Of a DNA stretch of 64,000 bases, positions 1 to 8,220 are shown piece after piece. Within the stretch, counting starts at the first letter, position 1. Every line of letters begins with the position of its first letter. The notes under the pieces were generated by a model. The model worked only from the letters and a program-made list of their open reading frames with translations, had not been told where the DNA came from and did not search any database. Made by a program: the position numbers and the translations under genes. The DNA is from Candidatus Yanofskybacteria bacterium (GTDB lineage: Bacteria; Patescibacteriota; Minisyncoccia; 2-02-FULL-40-12; IGHO2-01-FULL-4-A), in contig JACPNJ010000001.1 in the NCBI GenBank assembly GCA_016185545.1, positions 22,565-86,564 of the forward strand, given 5' to 3'.

Positions 1-1
1 G

Positions 2-361
2 ATTTTACCGTGCTATATTTTCAGCGGCTGTGACGAAGTTACGGCAAGCCGATACGCAACCGTGGCCGGTGTTCCCATATCTCTCGCCGGCGCCACTTTT
101 TATCTTTCAATTCTTATCGCGGCCATTTTTTATTTGGATACTAAAAACGCGAAAGCGCTGAAGATTTTGAAATTTTTGCCGGCCGTCGGATTTCTTGCGT
201 CCTTGTGGCTTCTTTTTCTCCAGTTTTTTATCATCAAGGCAATTTGTTTTTACTGTATTCTTTCCCTGGTTTCCTCAACAATGCTTTTTATTCTCGGATT
301 GTACCTCTTTGTCTTATTAAAAAAAGACCGCAAGCGTGAATGGGACGGTAAGATCGTGTAA
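2..361 (+). CDS. Vitamin K epoxide reductase (VKOR) family protein, 5'-truncated by window edge
   Basis: Frame 2 reads ILPCYIFSGCDEVTASRYATVAGVPIS...AICFYCILS: loop Cys pair, TM helices, CxxC. Confidence 0.85.
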   Translation: MLPCYIFSGCDEVTASRYATVAGVPISLAGATFYLSILIAAIFYLDTKNAKALKILKFLPAVGFLASLWLLFLQFFIIKAICFYCILSLVSSTMLFILGLYLFVLLKKDRKREWDGKIV

Positions 362-450
362 TTTTAATATCGTTTCAGATTTTGACAAAACAGACCAGAT
401 GCTATATTATTGTATTATTAAAATCTAGCTCATTAAAAAAGGAGATCCAA

Positions 451-1185
451 ATGTGGGGTTATGTTATCGTTGCCGTAATTATAGGTATTTTTTTGTTGAT
501 CATGTATGATTCGCATATGCATCCGATTTGTCCTATTGGCTTATTCCGTTTTAATAGCCGCCGGCTAAGTTTTTTTAACAACAAAGCAGTTTGTTTAGTG
601 CACGGTCCTTTTATTGTAAACAAACGTTCGAAATGTAAGGATCTAAAAACAGAAAAACAAAGAGAGCTGATAGTAGATTCAGAATCAATTATTTATATAA
701 AAAAAGTCTCAGAGAATCAGATTCGGTTTCATTATTTTATTTTGCCCCGTGATAAAACGACGAATTCAACTTTTCCTATTACAATAGGTGTTTTTGAATA
801 TGCGGAAATTTTTAATGTATTGAAAAACCTACCTTTTCCCAGACCGCTTACGCATGATTTCTTTAAAAATATGCTTACCGATCACCAGATAACGGTTTCT
901 AAAGTCGTTATCACTAAAATAGTTGATGGAATATACTATACTGATGTTTATAGCGAGCAGGGCGGGGATAAAGTAATAACCGATGCCAGACCCAGTAATG
1001 CGATTGCATTAGCGCTTCGCTTCGGCTCCCCAATTTTTATAGAAGACGCTTTGCTTACGGAAATTCTAGCCGACGAAAATGCTATGCAAATGATTGACTT
1101 TATTGAAAAAAACAAGCCGTCGATACTGGAATTGCAAAAACTTGGCGATTCTCAAAATGACCTTCAAGATGACCCCGGAGATTAA
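451..1185 (+). CDS. Bifunctional nuclease (DUF151) domain protein with N-terminal TM extension
   Basis: PITIG.FE, RPLTHD, DARPSNAIALALR motifs; AGGAG upstream of ATG 451. Confidence 0.8.
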   Translation: MWGYVIVAVIIGIFLLIMYDSHMHPICPIGLFRFNSRRLSFFNNKAVCLVHGPFIVNKRSKCKDLKTEKQRELIVDSESIIYIKKVSENQIRFHYFILPRDKTTNSTFPITIGVFEYAEIFNVLKNLPFPRPLTHDFFKNMLTDHQITVSKVVITKIVDGIYYTDVYSEQGGDKVITDARPSNAIALALRFGSPIFIEDALLTEILADENAMQMIDFIEKNKPSILELQKLGDSQNDLQDDPGD

Positions 1186-1226
1186 GCGGCCAAAACGGCA
1201 AAATTAAAAACCTGCTTTCGCAGGTT

Positions 1227-3239
1227 TTATTGTTCCCTGAATTCCGGTTTTCGTTTTTCAAGAAATGCCCTTATGCCCTCTTCCGCGTCGCGAGTTTTAA
1301 ATACTTCCAGAATCGCATTTCTCTCGTCAGCCAGTCCCTCATCAAGATTTTTCCGATTGCCATTTATTATAGCCTGCCATGCGAATGCGAAAGATTTTGG
1401 AGTGGTGTAACCCGCCATTTTCCAATCAAGCTGTATTTTTTTCATTTCTTTACGGGCTTTCAATTTGTTACGAAGGCCTTCTTTTAGAGGCATTTTTTTT
1501 GCCTGCCTTCCGGATTCAAATTTATAACTGATGAACCTGTTTAATTGTTCAAAAATTGGCTTCAAAAATTCCGGTTCCATTTGATCTTCCGATAAAATTA
1601 AATCAGCCAGTGGTTTACATGCTTCTCGGGGATTTCCTGAGAGTATAAGATTGGCCGCCAAAGATTTGCCGGCTCGGCGGGGAAGCCGCTGTGTGCCGCC
1701 GGCGCCAGGCATAATTCCCAAAGTTACTTCCGGCAAGCCGACCATACTTCCTTTTTCGGCGACTATCCAGTCGCAGGCTAATGCCAACTCGTAGCCGCCG
1801 CCCAAAGCCCGTTTGCGTATCAAGGCAATCACCGGAGCCGGGAAATCTTCAATCGTTTTCAGCAAATCATTGAATTCGCCGACTGCTTTTTGCGCCTGTT
1901 CAATGCTTTGCAAGCACAGGGGGAATTCCTTGATATTGGCGCCGTTGACCGGCCCGTTAGCTCCGATAAATACCATCTTGATATTTTCTTGGCTTTCCAT
2001 TGATTCAAATGTCTCACGCAGTTTTCTTACAATTGATGACGACAAAAGATTGCCCTTGCCGTCGCCGAAAATAATTTGCCAGTAGCCGTCGCCGAGGTTG
2101 TTTAGTTTTACTTTGGGGCCGTGCTTGTAAAAACCTTCTCCTGTTTTCATCCCAAACTTCTTTTCGACAACCATTTTTTCAAGCAATAGCGGAATGAAGT
2201 GATGTTTTTCCGATTCTTGTTGTTGAAGCGATTTTAAGGCGTCCAAACTTACGTCATTGCCTACCAAATCGCAAAACATAACCGGTCCCATCCTGAATTT
2301 TAGCCGGTCTTTTTGTTCGTCCAATTTTTCTGCCGGTAAAGACAAAAGCCAATCAAGTTCTGATGCTTTTATTGGCCAATTCAAGCCGAATTTAAAGGCC
2401 TTATCAATCGTTTCCAGAGAGCAATCAGTTTCTTTCATAAGATTGGAAATGGATTTAGCCATAGCTTTCATAATCACCAAGGCGGGCGGGTATTTGTACC
2501 ATTCACCTCCCAAAAAAGACCCGTCTATTTTTTCTTTGATTGCGCCATTGTCCAGAACCTCAAAAGTGGCGGCGACCATTGGTAGAGCTACGCGATTGAC
2601 GATGAAACCGGGAATGTCAGGTGCTATCACGTAGGTTTTACCAAGTGCGGCGGCTAAATAAGTCGCCCAGGCCACGGTTTCACTGTTTGTACGTTTGGAA
2701 AAGATCAGCTCAACCAATTGCATTCGCGGCACCGGATTGAAAAAATGCATCCCCAGAAATTTTCCGGGATTTTTAACAGCCTGCGCCAGACTTTCAATCC
2801 TGATTGTTGAGGTGTTGGAGGCAATGGGAATGTCCGGGCCGACTTTTTCGGTAATCGTCCGATAAAGTTCCTTTTTCGCTTCGGGATTTTCAAAAATCGC
2901 TTCAATGACAAAATCGGCAAAGGCCAAAGATTCAAGATTGCTTGAATCCAAAAATTGAACGCGGTTTAAAATATTGTCAACCGCTTCCCTGGATTGGTAA
3001 ATTCGTTTACCGTCTAATCCTTTTGCCAAAAAGAGCGCAAGCCACAATTTAGTTTTATAATCCTCAACTATCTCACGATATATAAGTTCAAATGGTTGGC
3101 TATTAAATCTTTTTTTTCTGGCCATTTCACTGAAAACGTCATAAAGCTGGACCTCAAAGCCACTTTGCAGTGCAGTTTGCGCGATACCCAAGCCCATTGT
3201 TCCGGCGCCGAAAATGGCGATTCTTTGAATTTTTTCCAT
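1227..3239 (-). CDS. 3-hydroxyacyl-CoA dehydrogenase / enoyl-CoA hydratase fusion (dehydrogenase N-terminal)
   Basis: GAGTMG, EAIFE, SNTST, GMHFFNP, PGFIVNR; crotonase ALGGGYELALACD, PEVTLGIMPGAGGTQRL. Confidence 0.9.
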   Translation of the reverse strand: MEKIQRIAIFGAGTMGLGIAQTALQSGFEVQLYDVFSEMARKKRFNSQPFELIYREIVEDYKTKLWLALFLAKGLDGKRIYQSREAVDNILNRVQFLDSSNLESLAFADFVIEAIFENPEAKKELYRTITEKVGPDIPIASNTSTIRIESLAQAVKNPGKFLGMHFFNPVPRMQLVELIFSKRTNSETVAWATYLAAALGKTYVIAPDIPGFIVNRVALPMVAATFEVLDNGAIKEKIDGSFLGGEWYKYPPALVIMKAMAKSISNLMKETDCSLETIDKAFKFGLNWPIKASELDWLLSLPAEKLDEQKDRLKFRMGPVMFCDLVGNDVSLDALKSLQQQESEKHHFIPLLLEKMVVEKKFGMKTGEGFYKHGPKVKLNNLGDGYWQIIFGDGKGNLLSSSIVRKLRETFESMESQENIKMVFIGANGPVNGANIKEFPLCLQSIEQAQKAVGEFNDLLKTIEDFPAPVIALIRKRALGGGYELALACDWIVAEKGSMVGLPEVTLGIMPGAGGTQRLPRRAGKSLAANLILSGNPREACKPLADLILSEDQMEPEFLKPIFEQLNRFISYKFESGRQAKKMPLKEGLRNKLKARKEMKKIQLDWKMAGYTTPKSFAFAWQAIINGNRKNLDEGLADERNAILEVFKTRDAEEGIRAFLEKRKPEFREQ

Positions 3240-3363
3240 GGTTCTCTCCCGATTATTTTTTAAAGTTCTGTATTATTATATTATGTATTAATCCAAGGAT
3301 AAATTACTCCTAACCGCAAATTTTGTAAAGCACACCCGCTGCTTGTATTGTATGATATCGTGC

Positions 3364-3411
3364 TGTACGACATCGCAAGTCGTGCAATTGCACGACTTGC
3401 GATGTCGTACA
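3364..3411. repeat. Perfect 48-bp palindrome within GTCGTRCA repeat cluster
   Basis: tgtacgacatcgcaagtcgtgcaa|ttgcacgacttgcgatgtcgtaca. Confidence 0.9.
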
Positions 3412-3510
3412 TGTCGTACAGCGTGTCGTGCAGGTTGCAAACTTATGCTCAATAGATGTGGTGGTGAAGTTAGTTTTGTAATAAAAAATCAGGATAAAAT
3501 CCTGATTGAT

Positions 3511-4260
3511 TTAATGTGTTTTGCGTTCGAAAAAGAGAGCGGAAATACCCGTTTGCTTTTCGGTGTAGCCGAAAAATAGACCATGCAGTCGCGTGTAAAT
3601 CCTTACCAAAACCCAAGTACGGGGGTCTACCATGACCCAGATATAAACTGGGCCAAGTAATACCAAAGCAAGCAAATTCCAGAATCCCCAGAAATTTTGG
3701 TAGGTTGGGATAGTAGTATCAACAATGGGTTTCAGTCCCAGCACTTCCAATCCGGAATTCCACATAAAGTGATTTCCACCCCATGCCTCGGGATGGCCCA
3801 AGAATGGCGCTAGGAAAGAAAAATTTAAATAGTCGTAGTACAGCGAGTCAGAAATTGCAAAAAATATTCCGAAAGCCGTGGCATAAAGTGTAAAACGTAC
3901 TGTTTGCCATCTCCATGGCCTTCCCCCAAGCAAAGCTAAAGGTGCGAAAATGGTATAAAGCAAAATACCCACGAGTGAAAAAATTATATTTTCTGTCAGC
4001 CATCCCGTGAAAAAAAGCGCGGTGCCGGCAATTGTCGGAAACCATGCAGTAACCCTGTAGCTTTTTATGTACCCAGTAAGCGCTTCAACCAAAAGACCGA
4101 CAAGCGGCAAGAAAATAAGGAAATCTAGGATGAAACTCCGGCAAGTGCCAGGAGTATATGTTTGAGTTAATTTTTGCATTACGTTCCGGGTTACAGGATA
4201 TCGCTTGGCGGCGAGAACGATACTGATACTGCCAAGAATTAGCAAAAGTAATGTTGTCAT
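3511..4260 (-). CDS. Multi-pass membrane protein of unknown function
   Basis: Several hydrophobic helices; ATGA overlap with upstream SDR stop. Confidence 0.7.
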   Translation of the reverse strand: MTTLLLLILGSISIVLAAKRYPVTRNVMQKLTQTYTPGTCRSFILDFLIFLPLVGLLVEALTGYIKSYRVTAWFPTIAGTALFFTGWLTENIIFSLVGILLYTIFAPLALLGGRPWRWQTVRFTLYATAFGIFFAISDSLYYDYLNFSFLAPFLGHPEAWGGNHFMWNSGLEVLGLKPIVDTTIPTYQNFWGFWNLLALVLLGPVYIWVMVDPRTWVLVRIYTRLHGLFFGYTEKQTGISALFFERKTH

Positions 4261-5300
4261 ATTAATTTCTCCTTTCTCATCCATTCAAGAGTTTCGCGCA
4301 GTCCGCCGTCTTTAATCGGGTCATCGTATATGAAATCAAATCTCAAATCGCGGATGGATTTGGAACTGACCAAGAAATCATACCCCTTTTCAAAATATCC
4401 AAGAAAATCTCGCTGAACCAGCGGCGGATGATTGTATTTGCGCGCGATTTGCTCCGACCGCCAAGCAAAAAATCTCATAAGCCAAAGCGGATAGCTGACA
4501 GGGAAAAGGTCAATCCTGACTCCGAGCCGTTCAAATTCTTTTTTAAGATATTTCATAAGTTCTTTTGTGGTGTAAGAAAAATTACCGCCAAGATTGTAAC
4601 TTTTACCGATTGTATCCGTTCGTTTGGCCAGAAAAAGCGCTGCCCGGCAAACATCTGTTACGTGTACCAAACTTATGCGGTTTTTGCCGTTGCCCGGAAA
4701 ACCGGGCAGCTGATTCTTTGCCATCATATCAATTACGACCATTGCCCCGTAATTACCACCCGGTCCGTAAATTGCCATTGGAAAAATTTCAGTTATAGGA
4801 AGGTCTTTATATTCTTGGCAAATAAGGTGCTGGAGGAATTTAGATTCTTCATAGGCGATTCTTGGAAGCATCGGAGCGTTTTCCGTGAGCGATGTCCCGG
4901 GTGTGACATTTTTGAAGCTATCGCCATAAACAGATGCCGAAATCCAAGCCACGATATGTCGCACATTCGGATTGTGATTTCGAGTTGCTTTCAAGCAGTT
5001 TTCCATAATAGTGGCGTTAATTTTGAGGATGGTCTGACGGGGAATATCATATCTGAAAATAGAAGCGACAAACATTCCAATGTCTGGTTTGTATTTATTC
5101 ATCATGTGTTTCGTGTCTAGTAAGTTTGCCAAGTCGCAAGGGTAACATTCTACACCATCTGGTAGTAGTTTTGGCTTGGCATTGGGGTGGTCAGTCGCGA
5201 TGACCTTAAAGCCGTTATCTACAAGAAGACGCACCATATGCGGTCCCACAAATCCATAAGCGCCGGTTACCAAAGCGGTGGGTTTTTTTGTTTCTGGCAT
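4257..5300 (-). CDS. NAD-dependent epimerase/dehydratase (extended SDR, 3-beta-HSD-like)
   Basis: TGAYGFVG, YEESK (YxxxK), IYGPG, VHVTDV. Confidence 0.85.
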   Translation of the reverse strand: MPETKKPTALVTGAYGFVGPHMVRLLVDNGFKVIATDHPNAKPKLLPDGVECYPCDLANLLDTKHMMNKYKPDIGMFVASIFRYDIPRQTILKINATIMENCLKATRNHNPNVRHIVAWISASVYGDSFKNVTPGTSLTENAPMLPRIAYEESKFLQHLICQEYKDLPITEIFPMAIYGPGGNYGAMVVIDMMAKNQLPGFPGNGKNRISLVHVTDVCRAALFLAKRTDTIGKSYNLGGNFSYTTKELMKYLKKEFERLGVRIDLFPVSYPLWLMRFFAWRSEQIARKYNHPPLVQRDFLGYFEKGYDFLVSSKSIRDLRFDFIYDDPIKDGGLRETLEWMRKEKLI

Positions 5301-5406
5301 ATCATTTCCTCGTTTTTAATGAACCAATGGTTACCCAGATTCTTTATTATTGTTGACATTTTGTCAAATTGAAATAGACTGCGATTAGAATTTATGATCT
5401 TTAAAA

Positions 5407-6921
5407 ATGAGGAATATTATGGTTGGGAATAAAATCATTGTCATTAATCCTGCAAATTCAGAGACGGTGGAAGAGTTGCCGGTTCATAATGCGTCGGACT
5501 TGGATGTTTTGGCGCAAGATGCCAGGACAGCCCAAAAAAAATGGAAAACCGTACCTTTTTCTGAACGGCTGGAACTTTTTAAAAATCTGAAACATTTTAT
5601 TCAGCATAACTATCAGGAATTTGTTACGACAATCCAACCGGAAACTGGCAAAACTTGTCCCGATACGATGGTGGATGTAATTTCCATGGTTGCCCAGATT
5701 CATAATATTGAAAAAAATGGCATCGGCCGTGTTTTGGAATTTCAAAAGCCAATCAAGTCCCATCCCTTTTTACGCAACAAAATAACGACTGTGCCACGCA
5801 GACCCAAAGGGGTAGTGGGTGTAATCTCGCCGTGGAATCTGCCGCTGGCAATTCCAGCGGCGGATATATTTCCGGCGATATTTCGCGGTAATGCGGTAAT
5901 ATGGAAACCTTCAGAGTTCACACCACTTTCGGCGCTAAAACTTAAGGATGCGATGAATAAGGTTGGATTCCCCGGCAATCTGCTGCAAGTCGCTATCGGT
6001 TACGGAGAGACCGGCGCGGCACTTTGCGAGACCGTTGACTGCGTTGCTTTTACCGGTTCGTGCGCGACTGGAGAAAAAGTAAAAGCAATCTGTGATAGGC
6101 GTCACATTTCGCATCATCTTGAAATGGGCGGGAAAGCTCCAGCCATTGTTCTTGCCGATGCCGACATTGACCGCGCTGTTTACGGTTTGCTCTATGGCGC
6201 GTTCAGCAATAACGGCCATTATTGCAAGGCGTTTGAAATCGCGCTGGTTCATTTAAGCATTTTTGATGAAGTGGTTGACCGGCTTTTGCATCTTGTCAAT
6301 AATTTGGTACCCGGCAAAGATTACGGACCCATCATTACCAAACCGCAACTTGAAATCATAAAAAATCAGGTAGAACAAGCCAGAAATCTCCATGCTTATG
6401 TTGCAACCGGCGGGCTAGAGATTGGCGAGGCACGTGGCTATTGGTATAAGCCGACAGTCCTTCTTTACACTACCGAAGATATGGATGTCGTACGAAAAGA
6501 AACTTTTGGTCCGGTGTTGCCGATTATTCCGTTTGATAAGGAAGAGGAGGCAATTCGTATCGCCACAATGTCGCACCTTGGGTTGAATGCCTCAATTTTC
6601 ACGAGAAACGAGAAAAAGTTTTATGAACTTGCCAATGGCATTCTTGCTGATCATATTGGCAATATTGTCGGTAATGACGTTATGATTAACTGGTTTATCA
6701 CCGAAGCGCCGCAGTGCGGCAGAAAATACAGTGTTGCTCCAGTTTGCGGGCTTGAACGCCATGGGCGTTCCGGTGATGAACGCTTTGATACCCCTAATAC
6801 CATTATCTGGCACAAACATTCGTTTTTCCATCTCCCGTTTTTCAAAAATAAGGAACCGTGGTGGCTGCCATATGGTGGTTTAACGAATTTAACGTTGAAA
6901 ACTTTTCTTTGGGGGTTTTGA
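5407..6921 (+). CDS. Aldehyde dehydrogenase family protein
   Basis: ISPWNLP, KPSEFTP, FTGS, LEMGGK, catalytic Cys in GHYC, ETFGP. Confidence 0.9.
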   Translation: MRNIMVGNKIIVINPANSETVEELPVHNASDLDVLAQDARTAQKKWKTVPFSERLELFKNLKHFIQHNYQEFVTTIQPETGKTCPDTMVDVISMVAQIHNIEKNGIGRVLEFQKPIKSHPFLRNKITTVPRRPKGVVGVISPWNLPLAIPAADIFPAIFRGNAVIWKPSEFTPLSALKLKDAMNKVGFPGNLLQVAIGYGETGAALCETVDCVAFTGSCATGEKVKAICDRRHISHHLEMGGKAPAIVLADADIDRAVYGLLYGAFSNNGHYCKAFEIALVHLSIFDEVVDRLLHLVNNLVPGKDYGPIITKPQLEIIKNQVEQARNLHAYVATGGLEIGEARGYWYKPTVLLYTTEDMDVVRKETFGPVLPIIPFDKEEEAIRIATMSHLGLNASIFTRNEKKFYELANGILADHIGNIVGNDVMINWFITEAPQCGRKYSVAPVCGLERHGRSGDERFDTPNTIIWHKHSFFHLPFFKNKEPWWLPYGGLTNLTLKTFLWGF

Positions 6922-6964
6922 CCTGCTAGCAATAAAATAAAAGACCTCAATAATTTGAGGCTTT

Positions 6965-8092
6965 TTAAATTTCTTGAAGAATTTGGCGGATACGCTTAAT
7001 TGACGGCACCGGGTCGTGGTAATAATCTTCAACGACAACCAGCAGATCTTCACGGCAATTATTTTTTAGGAGTTTGAGGATTTCTTTGAAGTTCAAGATG
7101 CCGGAGCCGATGGGTTTATGGTCTTGAAGTACGGTATCTTGCCGTTTTGAACCATAACTGATAGATGCCACGGGAATGACATCATGGATGTGAACCTCGA
7201 TCATTCTCGGTCCGTATCTTTCAATAAATTTATGAAAACACCTCTTATCATTCAGCCAGCTTCGTATAGCCAGATGGCCGGTATCCAATACAATACTAAC
7301 CTCGGTTTCTTTGAGCAATGGTCTGACGATTTGCTCAAATTTATCAAGATCTTGGTGTTCCAAGTTCTCTATGCCTATTTTAGAAAGTGGCACGAAAGAT
7401 CCAATTTCTTTGAGTGATTTTAACACATTTTCAACAGCAATGCCTTCGGTAATTATATCTCTTATAAAATCTACACTGAGCCGCACAATTTGTCGTCCGG
7501 CCATCCTTATTAATTTTCCAGTAAAGTTACGACTGAAGTGAGATGATAGCTCTTTGTCCAACATTGGATCCAAAGTGTGAAAATCCAAATAATTAAAAAA
7601 ACTGCCGCTTAACAGGTGGAGAGGATACGAAACCGGATTAAGGCATTGAAAAGCTTCAACCATTTCTCTGATAGATTCTACGCTAGCTTGGCGAATTATT
7701 TCTACCGGCGAATCGGGATGCGTGCCCAAGAATTGCATAACGTGCAGCGAATAAGTAAAACCGGACTTTTTGAATTGATCCAAAGTTTTTAACTGATTTA
7801 TCCACCATGTAAAAACCTCGGGGCTTAATTCCATTAAATCCGGCGAGAGCTCTATATGTTCCGCTCCGGCCATTCTTAATTTATTCAACTGGTCAGCAAG
7901 TCTTGTATTTTTACGCCATTTTTCCGCGAAAGAAAGAACCCCAAGAATAAACTTGTCTTTTCGGTTTAACTTTGAAAAAAGCTGGCTTTTTGAAGGAATA
8001 TCAGCCAGGATTGCCGGGACAAGCTCCAACATATTCAAAATTGACCCTATACGCATTGGTTTCCTCGGTATTTTTGTAAAAGTTCTTTGCAA
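6965..8092 (-). CDS. Sugar phosphate isomerase / AP endonuclease-2 TIM-barrel protein (start may be ATG 8056)
   Basis: IENL, LDTGH, HIHD, DHKPIGSG, VVE metal-binding motifs. Confidence 0.75.
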   Translation of the reverse strand: MQRTFTKIPRKPMRIGSILNMLELVPAILADIPSKSQLFSKLNRKDKFILGVLSFAEKWRKNTRLADQLNKLRMAGAEHIELSPDLMELSPEVFTWWINQLKTLDQFKKSGFTYSLHVMQFLGTHPDSPVEIIRQASVESIREMVEAFQCLNPVSYPLHLLSGSFFNYLDFHTLDPMLDKELSSHFSRNFTGKLIRMAGRQIVRLSVDFIRDIITEGIAVENVLKSLKEIGSFVPLSKIGIENLEHQDLDKFEQIVRPLLKETEVSIVLDTGHLAIRSWLNDKRCFHKFIERYGPRMIEVHIHDVIPVASISYGSKRQDTVLQDHKPIGSGILNFKEILKLLKNNCREDLLVVVEDYYHDPVPSIKRIRQILQEI

Positions 8093-8220
8093 AAATCATA
8101 TACCCAAGAGATTTATTTATCAACACAATACAAGATGATTTTGAAACCATTTTGCTGGACTTTTATTTTTGGATTGTTATAATTTCATTACATTTAGTTT
8201 TTTTACAAATTGGAGGCAAA

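Noticed and set aside
4428-5120. 230-aa antisense ORF and other shadow ORFs (e.g. 53351-53758, 25901-26176, 29978-30376)
   Set aside because: They overlap well-supported genes, tRNAs or repeat elements and have no recognisable motifs
8120-8142. NrdR box upstream of nrdJ
   Set aside because: Only the left half resembles the consensus and there is no tandem partner
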